Below, piece by piece: positions 30,334-40,046 of a stretch of DNA of 64,000 nt (position 1 is the first letter of the stretch; every line of letters starts with the position of its first letter). The position numbers and the translations under genes were made by a program. A model generated the notes under the pieces. It was not told the origin of the DNA. It worked only from the letters and a program-made list of their open reading frames with translations, and did not search any database. The stretch comes from Planctomycetaceae bacterium (GTDB taxonomy: Bacteria; Planctomycetota; Planctomycetia; Planctomycetales; Planctomycetaceae). The DNA lies in the NCBI GenBank assembly GCA_021732845.1, contig JAKFUF010000003.1, forward strand, positions 1 through 64,000. The letters are read 5' to 3'.

Positions 30334-32799
30334 ATGCACCGGACTGTTCAACTCGTGGCTCTCGCAGCGGCGTGGTTGCCGATGCTGGCAGTCGCGGCCG
30401 ACACCGCGAAACCCACCGCATCGTCGGACGTCGTCGTGGGCATGCCAGCCACGATCAGTCTGTTTCCCGTGAAGGTCGACCTTGTCGGCAATCGCTCCCG
30501 CCAGCAACTGCTGGTCACGGGCGAGTATGCCCGCCAGGAACCCCGCGATCTGACCACGGTCGCCGAATACATTTCCAGTAATCCGCAAGTCGTGACTGTC
30601 GAGCGTGGCGTGGCCAGGCCCGTCGCCGATGGCGCGGCTGAAATCATCGTCAAGATTGCTGACAGGGAGTCACGCGTGCCGGTGACCGTCACGGGCATGC
30701 AGACGCCTTCGCCCGTGAGCTTCAAGAACGGCATGATCGCCGCCCTCTCCAAGGCGGGCTGCAACATGGGGGCCTGCCACGGCTCGCCTTCGGGCAAGGC
30801 TGGCTTCCGCCTGTCCCTCCGTGGCTACGATCCGGTGCTGGACATCATGACCCTGCGGTCGGAATACCAGGGACGCCGCACCAATCCCGTCGCCCCCGAA
30901 GAGAGCCTGCTGCTCCGCAAGCCACTGATGGAACTGGCTCATGGCGGCGGACGGCGTCTGAAGAAATCCGACCCGGCGTACGAAATCATGCGGGACTGGG
31001 TGGGAGAAGGCCTGCGGTTGGACGGCCCCACCGAACCCGACTGCGTGAAAATCGAACTGTACCCGCAATCACGCACCTTCCAGGACGCTTCCAAGCAACA
31101 GCAGATGGTCGTCCTGGCGCACTTCTCGGACGGCACGGTCAAGGACGTGACACCGATCACGGTCTTCACCTCGTCCAATGAATCGGTGGCTGGTGTCGGT
31201 GAAGCCGGCATGGTCTCCAAGGTCTCCCGTGGCGAAACGGCCATCCTCGCCCGCTATCTGGACAAGATGGCGACCTCTTACATCACATTCCTCGAAGAAG
31301 TCCCGGGCTTCGCCTGGAACAATTCGCCGGAACACAGCTTTGTCGACTCGCTGATCAACAACAAACTGAAGCAACTGCAGATTCTGCCTTCGGACCTCTG
31401 CACCGACGAAGAGTTTGTTCGCCGGGCCTATCTCGACACGACGGGACGGCTGCCCACCGCGCAGGAAGCCCAGGCCTTCCTGACCGATTCCAGCAGCGGC
31501 AAGCGTGACGCACTGATTGACGCCCTCGTAGAAACCGAAGACTTCGCCTCGTACTGGGGTTTGCTGCTGGCCGACGTGCTGCGGTCCAACAGCAAAAAGC
31601 TCAACGCCACCGGCGTCCAGAAATTCAAGCTGTGGATCTATGAAAGCGTCTTCAACGACAAGCCGATGGATCAGTTCGCCCGCGAACTGCTGACCGCCTC
31701 CGGCAGTGCCTACGAGAACCCCGCCGCCAACTACTGGCGGGCCAGCCGTGACCCGCAGGATGCCACTGAAACTACAGCCCAGTTGTTCTTGGGGATCCGG
31801 ATCCAGTGCGCCAAGTGCCACAATCATCCATTCGAACGCTGGACGCAGGACAACTACTACGGCATTGGAGCAGCCTTCGTCCGCATTGGTCGCAAGGTGG
31901 GTGCCGACCCAACCGATGAGATCGTGTTCACCGCCGCTGGTGGTGAAGTGACGCAGCCCCGCACCGGCAAGCAGATGAAAACCCACCTGCTGCTCACCGG
32001 TGACGTGGATGTTCCGGCCGATCAGGACCGCCGGCAGGTCTTTGCCAACTGGTTGACGAAACCCGAAAACCCGTTCTTCGCCAAATCGATGGTGAACCGG
32101 ATCTGGGGTCAGATCATGGGCCGCGGCATCGTCGAACCTGTGGATGACTTCCGCGACTCCAACCCGCCCTCCAATGCCGCGCTGCTGGACACCCTGGCTT
32201 CCGAATTCGCCAAGAACGGCTTCAGCCGCAAGTGGGCGGTGAAGATGATCATGAAGAGCCGGACCTACCAGTTGAGTTCCCGCAAGAACAAGTTCAACAC
32301 TGCTGACGAGTTGTACTTCTCGCATGCCAACACCCGCCTGCTGACTGCCGAGCAACTGCTCGACGCGATCTGCGCGGTGACCTCGGTGCCGGAAAGCTTC
32401 CCCGGCGCGCCTGTGGGGACGCGGGCCACCGAACTGTCGGAACCGCCTGCCGACAACTACTTCCTCAAAATCTTCGGGCAGCCACAGCGTGAGATGGCCT
32501 GCCAGTGCGAACGCTCCAGCGAGTCGAACCTGTCCCAGGCGCTGCAGATGATCAACGGCCCGGTGGTTCATAACAAGCTGCGGGATGCCAATGGGCGGAT
32601 TGCCAAGCTGCTGGCCGCCAACAAGACGGATGACGAGATCATCAACGAACTGTACCTTTCGGCCCTCAGCCGGACCCCGGTGGCGGCGGAGCTGGACGCG
32701 GCGAAGAAGCACCTCGCCAACACCATGGACCGCAAACTGGGGATGGAGGACATTGGCTGGGCGCTGTTGAACTCGAAAGAGTTCCTGTTCCAGCACTAA
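30334..32799 (+). CDS. PSCyt2 (DUF1549) + PSD1 (DUF1553) Planctomycete-type protein with Ig-like domain
   Basis: GAGGAG RBS; CNMGACHGSPSGKAGFRLSLRGYDP (DUF1549); IQCAKCHNHPFERWTQDNYYG and MACQCERS (DUF1553). Confidence 0.9.
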   Translation: MHRTVQLVALAAAWLPMLAVAADTAKPTASSDVVVGMPATISLFPVKVDLVGNRSRQQLLVTGEYARQEPRDLTTVAEYISSNPQVVTVERGVARPVADGAAEIIVKIADRESRVPVTVTGMQTPSPVSFKNGMIAALSKAGCNMGACHGSPSGKAGFRLSLRGYDPVLDIMTLRSEYQGRRTNPVAPEESLLLRKPLMELAHGGGRRLKKSDPAYEIMRDWVGEGLRLDGPTEPDCVKIELYPQSRTFQDASKQQQMVVLAHFSDGTVKDVTPITVFTSSNESVAGVGEAGMVSKVSRGETAILARYLDKMATSYITFLEEVPGFAWNNSPEHSFVDSLINNKLKQLQILPSDLCTDEEFVRRAYLDTTGRLPTAQEAQAFLTDSSSGKRDALIDALVETEDFASYWGLLLADVLRSNSKKLNATGVQKFKLWIYESVFNDKPMDQFARELLTASGSAYENPAANYWRASRDPQDATETTAQLFLGIRIQCAKCHNHPFERWTQDNYYGIGAAFVRIGRKVGADPTDEIVFTAAGGEVTQPRTGKQMKTHLLLTGDVDVPADQDRRQVFANWLTKPENPFFAKSMVNRIWGQIMGRGIVEPVDDFRDSNPPSNAALLDTLASEFAKNGFSRKWAVKMIMKSRTYQLSSRKNKFNTADELYFSHANTRLLTAEQLLDAICAVTSVPESFPGAPVGTRATELSEPPADNYFLKIFGQPQREMACQCERSSESNLSQALQMINGPVVHNKLRDANGRIAKLLAANKTDDEIINELYLSALSRTPVAAELDAAKKHLANTMDRKLGMEDIGWALLNSKEFLFQH

Positions 32800-32837
32800 A
32801 CGCCTGCACCCATGCCTGAACTGCACACGACCCTGGA

Positions 32838-32882
32838 AAACTTCCGGGGTCGTGGCGTTTTGGCCGTTCGGATCGCAACCGC
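32838..32882 (+). terminator. intrinsic terminator candidate (ACGACCC-TGGAAAACTTCCG-GGGTCGT followed by GCGTTTTGG)
   Basis: 7-bp GC-rich stem plus T-run about 40 nt after the PSD1 stop. Confidence 0.45.
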
Positions 32883-32970
32883 AGGCGTTTCACTGGCGAT
32901 GATGGCTTCGCGAGGCAATTCCGCAATAATAATCGTGATTGCTGCCAGACGTACCCCTTGAGAAAACCCC

Positions 32971-33867
32971 ATGGCGCGGATTCTGGTTGTTGAAGAGAAC
33001 CCCACGCAGGCGGCGACGCTGCGGGCGCTGCTCAAGAGCCTGACGCACGAGGCTGAACTGGCCGAGAGCGGTGAAGCGGCACTGGCGGCATTGGCACAAG
33101 TTTCCACGGACCTCGTGCTGACAGACCTGCATTTGTCGGGGATGTCCGGCTTGGAACTCCTGGCCCAGATACGCAACCGGTTTCCACAGGTGCCGAGCAT
33201 CCTGATGACTGATCAGGGGAGCGAGGAAGTGGCCGCGGAGGCCTTGGAGCAGGGTGCGGTCAGCTACATTCCCAAGCACCGGCTGGCACGCGACCTTCAC
33301 CGGACCCTGTTGGGAATTCTCGGGCCGGGGGCCTCGGACCAGCGCAACGGGCGGCTGTTGACCTGCTGGACCGAAGCGTCGTCGCACTTCGAACTCGACA
33401 ACGACCCGGCGCTGATTCCGCACCTGGTGGCCTACTTCCGCGACGTGATGACCCAGATGCGGCTGTGCGATGAAAACATCCTGTCGCGGATCTGCATCGC
33501 CCTGACAGAATCGCTGGAGAATGCGCTGTTTCATGGCAACCTGGAGCTGAGTTCACGGCTCCGCGAGGGCGATGGACGCGCCTGGTCCACAACCGCGCTG
33601 GAACGGCGGCAGCAGTCCCCTTACAAGGACCGCCACCTGCACGTCACCGCGCGGATATCCCACGACGAGGGCCGGTTCATCATTCGGGATGAAGGCCCGG
33701 GTTTCGACCCCGCGTCACTGCCCGACCCGACTGTCAGCACCAACCTGGAATCTGTCAGCGGCCGCGGCGTGTTTCTGATGCGGACGTTCATGGACGAGGT
33801 CAGCTACAACGCCGCTGGCAACGAACTGACCCTGGTGAAACGCCGCATGCCAGCTTCAGTACGATGA
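32971..33867 (+). CDS. response-regulator receiver domain fused to GHKL/HATPase_c (RsbW-like serine kinase/anti-sigma type) domain
   Basis: REC: ILVVEE...DLVLTDLHLSGMSG...SYIPK. C-terminal ESLENALFHGN...IIRDEGPGFD...GRGVFLMRTFMDEV. Confidence 0.8.
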   Translation: MARILVVEENPTQAATLRALLKSLTHEAELAESGEAALAALAQVSTDLVLTDLHLSGMSGLELLAQIRNRFPQVPSILMTDQGSEEVAAEALEQGAVSYIPKHRLARDLHRTLLGILGPGASDQRNGRLLTCWTEASSHFELDNDPALIPHLVAYFRDVMTQMRLCDENILSRICIALTESLENALFHGNLELSSRLREGDGRAWSTTALERRQQSPYKDRHLHVTARISHDEGRFIIRDEGPGFDPASLPDPTVSTNLESVSGRGVFLMRTFMDEVSYNAAGNELTLVKRRMPASVR

Positions 33868-33946
33868 GGCAACCCGCATTTTGAGCCGCTCGCCGATCAA
33901 CTGGCAGGGAAATTCAGTTGTCCACGCGTGGGCCTGGCGGGAAGCC

Positions 33947-34276
33947 TCACAACGTGTCGGCCGGGCGGCTGCCGCAGTCTTTGCGACCGCTGCCGGCAAA
34001 GCGGCTGATGGCTTTGACGGACATGTCGTGGTCGCACAGGATCTGGCAACTGAGCCGCACGCCGGACAGGCCCCGCGCGGCGAGGACGGCCTTTTCGGCG
34101 TCGGTCATGGTGGCGGGTTCACCGGAGATGAACTCCACGCGGCAGGTGGTGCAGCGGGCGTTGCCACCGCAGGCGTGCAACTGGTCGATTCCGGCTTCGT
34201 CGGTCAGCGCCAACACCAGGCGTTTGTTTTGCGGAACCTCGAACGTCCCCACTCCGTCGACTGTCAAACTTGGCAT
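33947..34276 (-). CDS. 2Fe-2S ferredoxin
   Basis: CGGNARCTTCRVEF...LSCQI cysteine pattern. Confidence 0.75.
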   Translation of the reverse strand: MPSLTVDGVGTFEVPQNKRLVLALTDEAGIDQLHACGGNARCTTCRVEFISGEPATMTDAEKAVLAARGLSGVRLSCQILCDHDMSVKAISRFAGSGRKDCGSRPADTL

Positions 34277-34417
34277 TGATTCCTCGTGGATTTTGACCGC
34301 ACGTCTGGCGACGCCTGGCCGTGACTCAGAGTCACATGACTGTGAACACTCACGTTCGGCTGAACGCGGCGGCTTCACCCGCATTGTCGGTGGCAACAGG
34401 TGTCGAGTCCACCAACT

Positions 34418-35287
34418 TCAGTTTTGGGTCGGCTTCGGTGCCATCAGATGGACATTCCGTTCCACGCGGCCATTCACAGGCTGCCCGACCTGAATCACGA
34501 CGCGCCCCTCGACGGCCTTCGCGTCGGCATAGTCGGGGACCCCCTTGGGATAGACGGCTTCAACGCCAGGTTCCTTGAGGGGTTCGCCGTTGACCTTGAG
34601 GCCACCAAAGGTGACGACAACCTGGGGGATCTCTTCGACCGGAATGCGTTTGCCATAGACCTCGACGAAGCTGGCGACCTTGCGGTCGAACACGAGATTC
34701 TCGCCCTTGAACCGCAGAGCACCGATGAAAATGTTCTCGTCCTTGGCGTGGGAATGCACGAATGCCCCGACCCATGTGGCGGGCTTGCCGTCGACGAGTT
34801 CCTTGTCCATTTTCACGATGCGGTAGGTGTAGCCGCCCTTCTTCCATTCGTAGGGCCGGCGGACGCTGACGAAATCGCCTTCATGTCCGGAGCTTTGCAG
34901 GAAGCCGCCATCGGCCGGACGAATGGCCTCCAGCCGCCGCTCGCCCCACATCGACATTAGAAAGCCCGGACCAATCTTGCGCAACCGCGGATCAACGCGG
35001 GTGTTGCCATCGGCCTGCGTCTGGATTCCCCCGTAAAATGGCGTCTTGCTGAGATGTCCCAGACCAATGGGTGCGACGTAAAGGTTTGTCGATGGCGGCA
35101 GATCCTCGCTGATGTTCACATCAATGCTGTAACTTTCGAAGGGCATGTCGGCGCCGGTGTCCCACCACAGGTCAACGAGATGCCAGGGCATCGGGGCGTA
35201 TTGCGTTTCGTCCGCAGCGCGGGCTGCCGTGGAGCAGAACAGGCCGGCGAGGCCAATGGTCAGGCACATGATGCGCTGAATCGACAT
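34418..35287 (-). CDS. secreted hypothetical protein (signal peptide)
   Basis: MSIQRIMCLTIGLAGLFCSTAARA signal peptide; globular beta-rich sequence. No confident family. Confidence 0.5.
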   Translation of the reverse strand: MSIQRIMCLTIGLAGLFCSTAARAADETQYAPMPWHLVDLWWDTGADMPFESYSIDVNISEDLPPSTNLYVAPIGLGHLSKTPFYGGIQTQADGNTRVDPRLRKIGPGFLMSMWGERRLEAIRPADGGFLQSSGHEGDFVSVRRPYEWKKGGYTYRIVKMDKELVDGKPATWVGAFVHSHAKDENIFIGALRFKGENLVFDRKVASFVEVYGKRIPVEEIPQVVVTFGGLKVNGEPLKEPGVEAVYPKGVPDYADAKAVEGRVVIQVGQPVNGRVERNVHLMAPKPTQN

Positions 35288-35461
35288 GTCTCAATCACCC
35301 CATTCAAGATGCTACCGAAGTCCTGTTCGATCTTATTCAACGCCGCCGCCAAATGTCGCCGCCAGACTCGAAAAATTCTCCGTTGTGCGTCACCATGCCA
35401 AAATCATTGCGGTCCCCCGCTCTCGCCTGCCGAGACTCCACCGAATTCAAGGAACTCGTCC

Positions 35462-38400
35462 ATGATGAAGCGATTCGTTTCGCTCGCACTGCTCGCCTTT
35501 GTCGCCACAGTGTCAGGCATCCCAACGATGGCTCAGGATGCGGCTGGCGGCAAAATCCTCACACAGATCCCAAAGATCGCTCCCGCGGCGAATCGTGCCG
35601 CCGCGCAAGCCACCGAAAAACCGAAACTCGATGTCTTTGCGGATGGTCCCGCACCCAACTGGATCTGGGGTGCCGATCAGAACAAGAACTATGTCGTCAA
35701 AACGTCCTTTACGGGAGCCGGAGCGCAGTTCGCTTACGTGAAGGCCACCTGCGACAACTCCATGAAGTTGTTTCTGAACGGCAAGCAGATCGCATCCAGC
35801 ACCGAGTGGCAGGATCCCGTGCAGGTGGACATCAAGGCGATGCTGGTTGGCGGCGAGAATGTCCTTGAGGCCGAGATCGCCAATGAAGGCGGCATCGCCG
35901 GATTCGTCGCCAAGGTGGCGTTGCTCGGCCGCGACGGCAATGACCGCTTTGTCATCACCGACGCCTCTTGGAAAGTGGCCGACGCCCGCGATTCGAAGGA
36001 TTGGGCGGCTGCGAAGGTGGTGAGCAAGCTGGGTGACCATCCGGGGGGGAAGGCGTTTTCGGAGGGGGCTTCCAGTGAGCCACGCGATCAGTTCAATCTC
36101 TTGCCCGGCTTTCAGGTCGAACTGCTGTACACGGTTCCCAAGGACAAGCTCGGTTCGTGGGTCAACATCACCAGCGACAACAAGGGCCGGCTGATCGTCA
36201 GCGACCAGGAGAAGAAGGGGTTCTGCCGGGTGACGCCCGCACCGCTTGGCGGCACGGAACCGACCAAGGTTGAGCCACTGGACATCAAGTATGGTGATCA
36301 GCAAATGTCGGGGGCTCAAGGTCTGCTCTGGGCGTTTGACTCGCTGTATGTCGTGTGCAATGGGGGACCCGGCAGTGGGATCTACCGCTGCAAGGACACC
36401 GATGGCGATGACCAGTTTGACAAGGTCGACAAGCTGCACGACATCCCCGGCGGCGGCGAGCATGGTCCGCATGCCCTGCGTCTGACGCCCGACGGAAAAT
36501 CGCTGTATGTGATCGCCGGCAACCACACCAAGCTGCCCTTCGAAGTGAAGACCAATGCGCCGCCGCAGACGATGGGTGGACCCCGCGCTGAACAACTGCG
36601 GGCGACGCTGCCGGAAGGTGTCACCAGCCGGCTGGTACCCAACTGGGATGAAGACCTGCTGACCCCACGGCAATGGGATGGCGGCGGGCACGCGACGGGA
36701 ATTCTCGCCCCCGGTGGCTGGATCTGCAAAATCGATCCCGATGCCAAGACGTGGGAGGTTGTGAGCAGCGGGTACCGCAATGAGTTCGATTTCGCGCTCA
36801 ACGCCGATGGCGAAATGTTCGCTTACGACGCCGACATGGAATGGGACTTTGGTTCGCCCTGGTACCGCCCGACGCGGGTGGTGCATGCCACCAGCGGCAG
36901 CGAATTCGGCTGGCGCAGCGGCACCGGCAAGTGGCCCGCATACTATCTGGACAGCCTGCCTCCCGCCGTGAACATCGGCCCGGGCTGCCCGGTCGGTGTC
37001 GACTTTGGCTACGGCGCGAAGTTCCCCGCCAAGTATCAGAAGGCCCTGTTCATTTGCGACTGGACCTTCGGCACGATGTACGCCATTCACCTCGAGCCGA
37101 GCGGATCGACCTACATTGGGACCAAGGAAGAATTTGTCTCGCGTACACCATTGCCGCTGACTGACTGCACGGTTGGTGCCGATGGGGCGTTGTACTTCAC
37201 CATTGGCGGCCGGGGGACACAGTCCGAACTGTACCGTGTGACCTACGTCGGCACTGAGTCGACTGCGAAGGTCGACTACAAGGATCCGCGTTCTGGAGAC
37301 CTGCGCGCCCTGCGGGCAAAGATCGAGACCTACCACGTCGGCATGCCCGACGTGGCTCAGGCCGTGCCGTTCCTCGTCCCAAATCTGGCTCACTCAGACC
37401 GCTTTATCCGCTACGCTGCCCGCGTGGCACTGGAGCGGCTGCCGGTGGCCGCGTGGCAGGACAAGGTGTTGACTTCTCATGATGCCGAAACAGTGATCAC
37501 GGGTGCGGCTGGCCTGGCTCGGCAGGGTGACAGTCCGCTGCTTCCGAAGATTGTCGCCGCCCTCAACAAGCTCGATTTCACGAAACTCACCGAATTCCAG
37601 CAACTGGAACTGCTGCGGGCCTATCAACTCGCCTTCATTCGCCTGGGTGCGGGGGAAGAAGCCACTCAGCGGGAGCTGGCGCTGAAGTTCGAGGGGCTGT
37701 TTCCCTCCAAGTCGGACGCGGTGAATCGTGAACTCGCGATCCTGATGGTCCACTTCCAGGCACCCGACGCCGCGAAAAAGATCGTCCCGCTGCTGACCAA
37801 GGAGCGTGTGGCATCGGAAGAGCAAATCGGGGGTCTGCTGGAACGCAACAAGGGCTACGGCGGAACGATTGCCTCCATGCTCTCCAACCAGCCCGACCAG
37901 ATGCAGTATCACTACGCCTTCCAACTCCGCACATTGAAGGCTGGCTGGACGCCACAAGAACGGCAGACGTACTTCGCCTGGTTCGACAAGGCCCGCAAGT
38001 GGTCGGGCGGGGCGAGCTATCCGAAGTTCCTCACCAACATCGACAACGAAGCCTTTGGACTGCTGTCCGACGAGGATCGTTTGAAGGTCGAAGCCAGCGG
38101 TGCCCGCAAGCCCTACGTCGCACCGGAACTGCCCAAGGCCAAGGGGCCGGGGCATGAGTACACGCTGGACGAACTGCTGGCCGCTGCCGATGGCAAGATG
38201 AAGGGCCGCGACTTCAAGAACGGCCAGAAGATGTTTGGCGCGGCGCGGTGCATCGTCTGCCACCGCTTCGCCGGTGACGGCGGCGCCACGGGGCCGGATT
38301 TGACCCAGTTGGCTGGGCGCTTCAGCTTGAAGGACATGGCCGAGGCGATTGTCGACCCCAGCAAGGTCGTGTCCGACCAGTTTAAGGCGGTGATTGTCGC

Positions 38401-38653
38401 CACCAAGGACGGCAAGGTGCACACCGGCAAGCTCGTCAGCGAAACGAAGGACAGCATCACCCTGGTGATCGATCCCGAGAACGCCGCCAAGACCTTGGAG
38501 ATCAAAAAGGCCGACATTGAGGAACAAGCCCCCTCCATGACCTCACTGATGCCCAAGGATCTGCTGAAGACGCTGAATGAAACGGAAGTCCTGGACCTGC
38601 TGGCGTACCTGATGTCGCGCGGCAACCCCGGTGACGCGATGTTCCGCAAGTAG
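35462..38653 (+). CDS. PVC-type large heme-binding protein (membrane-bound-dehydrogenase-like N-terminal domain, HEAT repeats, C-terminal CxxCH cytochrome c domain)
   Basis: Signal peptide MMKRFVSLALLAFVATVSG; beta-propeller-like region; HEAT-like repeats; CIVCHRFAGDGGATGPDL (TIGR02603-type heme motif). Confidence 0.85.
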   Translation: MMKRFVSLALLAFVATVSGIPTMAQDAAGGKILTQIPKIAPAANRAAAQATEKPKLDVFADGPAPNWIWGADQNKNYVVKTSFTGAGAQFAYVKATCDNSMKLFLNGKQIASSTEWQDPVQVDIKAMLVGGENVLEAEIANEGGIAGFVAKVALLGRDGNDRFVITDASWKVADARDSKDWAAAKVVSKLGDHPGGKAFSEGASSEPRDQFNLLPGFQVELLYTVPKDKLGSWVNITSDNKGRLIVSDQEKKGFCRVTPAPLGGTEPTKVEPLDIKYGDQQMSGAQGLLWAFDSLYVVCNGGPGSGIYRCKDTDGDDQFDKVDKLHDIPGGGEHGPHALRLTPDGKSLYVIAGNHTKLPFEVKTNAPPQTMGGPRAEQLRATLPEGVTSRLVPNWDEDLLTPRQWDGGGHATGILAPGGWICKIDPDAKTWEVVSSGYRNEFDFALNADGEMFAYDADMEWDFGSPWYRPTRVVHATSGSEFGWRSGTGKWPAYYLDSLPPAVNIGPGCPVGVDFGYGAKFPAKYQKALFICDWTFGTMYAIHLEPSGSTYIGTKEEFVSRTPLPLTDCTVGADGALYFTIGGRGTQSELYRVTYVGTESTAKVDYKDPRSGDLRALRAKIETYHVGMPDVAQAVPFLVPNLAHSDRFIRYAARVALERLPVAAWQDKVLTSHDAETVITGAAGLARQGDSPLLPKIVAALNKLDFTKLTEFQQLELLRAYQLAFIRLGAGEEATQRELALKFEGLFPSKSDAVNRELAILMVHFQAPDAAKKIVPLLTKERVASEEQIGGLLERNKGYGGTIASMLSNQPDQMQYHYAFQLRTLKAGWTPQERQTYFAWFDKARKWSGGASYPKFLTNIDNEAFGLLSDEDRLKVEASGARKPYVAPELPKAKGPGHEYTLDELLAAADGKMKGRDFKNGQKMFGAARCIVCHRFAGDGGATGPDLTQLAGRFSLKDMAEAIVDPSKVVSDQFKAVIVATKDGKVHTGKLVSETKDSITLVIDPENAAKTLEIKKADIEEQAPSMTSLMPKDLLKTLNETEVLDLLAYLMSRGNPGDAMFRK

Positions 38654-38667
38654 TCTGAAGAATGCGT

Positions 38668-38697
38668 TCCCGCACTCTTAGGGAGTGCGGGAACGTG
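38668..38697 (+). terminator. perfect 12-bp hairpin GTTCCCGCACTC-TTAGG-GAGTGCGGGAAC after the heme-protein stop (terminator-like, weak T-tract)
   Basis: Seen directly in sequence, immediately upstream of the ptuA-like gene. Confidence 0.4.
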
Positions 38698-38732
38698 ATT
38701 CATTGCAGCCATGCAGAAATACTCTGGCCACG

Positions 38733-40046
38733 ATGCTGACCTACCTGAGTCTCAAGAATATCGGCCCGGCCGTAGAGATGAAGCTGGATCTGGCTCCCCG
38801 TCTCAATCTGATTACGGGCGACAATGGACTCGGCAAGAGTTTCCTGCTCGATGCGGCCTGGTGGGCGCTCACCCGTCGGTGGCCGCAGGAGCTGAATGCC
38901 AAACTGACCTCGGGTTACGCGGCACGCCCGACAGACCCGAAAAAGCCAGCGATTATCGAATTTGGCGTCACCTCAAAAACCAAGAGCGTGTCGTACACGA
39001 GCAAGTACGTTCCACGAGATGAAAGCTGGCTGGGGAAGGCCGGCCGGCCGTGGAATCCTGGGCTGGTGATCTATGCGCAGGCAGACGGAGGGTTCTCTGT
39101 CTGGGATCCGGCCAGGAACTACTGGAAGAAAAAGGGCAACATCGACATCCAGGAACGTCTGCCGGGATACGTCTTCTCGCCAAAGGAAGTCTGGGACGGA
39201 CTCCGCGTTGACTACAACGGCAAGGAGTTCACCGTCTGCAACGGATTGCTGCTCGATTGGGCGAATTGGATCCGCGAAGGCGGGGATCTGGCTGACCGCA
39301 TGACGTCTGTGTTGCGCAATTTGTCGCCTTCCGAAGGTCCGCAACACAACCTTGTACCGGGTCCGCTCACGCGAATCGCCGTAAACGACGCACGCGATAT
39401 CCCGTCCCTGCAAACCGGGTATGCGAAATCGGTCCCAATCTTGCACGCCTCGTCCGGCGTGCGGCGGATTGTCGCGCTGGCATACATGCTCTTGTGGTCC
39501 TGGAATGAGAACCAAATTGCCGCCGAACAACTGGGTGAGACCGGCGCTCCCAGATTGACCTTGTTGATCGACGAACTGGAGAGCCACCTGCACCCGCGCT
39601 GGCAGCGATCAATTCTCGGATCGCTGTTGAATCTCGCCTCAATGATGCACAGTTCAGCCAAGATTCAGCTGATTGGGGCGACGCACTCTCCACTGGTCCT
39701 CGCCTCCGCCGAACCTTGGTTCGACGGCAAATCCGATGCATGGTTTGATCTGGATGCGGTTCAATCAGCACACACCGAACGAGTGGAATTGCGGAAACGC
39801 AATTTTGTCCGACTGGGAGATGTTTCCAATTGGCTGACGAGCGAGGCCTTTGATCTGAAAGAGCCAAGATCGCTTGAGGCAGAGCAGGCCATGACAAGCG
39901 CGTACGCGCTGCTGGGAAGTCCGAATTCTCCGCCGGTCGAGGATTTCCGGAAGGTCGATGAGCAATTGCGGAGTGTGCTGGGGGAAATGGATCCGTTCTG
40001 GATCCGTTGGAGTCACCACTTCAAGAGCGTGGTGGGTGCGGAATGA
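38733..40046 (+). CDS. ptuA: AAA_15/AAA_21-type ATPase, Septu PtuA-like
   Basis: LKNIGP...LNLITGDNGLGKSFLLDAAWWAL (Walker A); LLIDELESHLHP (Walker B); GATHSPLVL. Lower GC than flanks. Confidence 0.75.
   Translation: MLTYLSLKNIGPAVEMKLDLAPRLNLITGDNGLGKSFLLDAAWWALTRRWPQELNAKLTSGYAARPTDPKKPAIIEFGVTSKTKSVSYTSKYVPRDESWLGKAGRPWNPGLVIYAQADGGFSVWDPARNYWKKKGNIDIQERLPGYVFSPKEVWDGLRVDYNGKEFTVCNGLLLDWANWIREGGDLADRMTSVLRNLSPSEGPQHNLVPGPLTRIAVNDARDIPSLQTGYAKSVPILHASSGVRRIVALAYMLLWSWNENQIAAEQLGETGAPRLTLLIDELESHLHPRWQRSILGSLLNLASMMHSSAKIQLIGATHSPLVLASAEPWFDGKSDAWFDLDAVQSAHTERVELRKRNFVRLGDVSNWLTSEAFDLKEPRSLEAEQAMTSAYALLGSPNSPPVEDFRKVDEQLRSVLGEMDPFWIRWSHHFKSVVGAE

Noticed and set aside
38653-40046. Retron (Ec78-type) interpretation of the PtuA/PtuB pair.
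   Set aside because: There is no reverse-transcriptase ORF and no msr/msd-like inverted repeats upstream; only a simple hairpin. I call it Septu-like instead.
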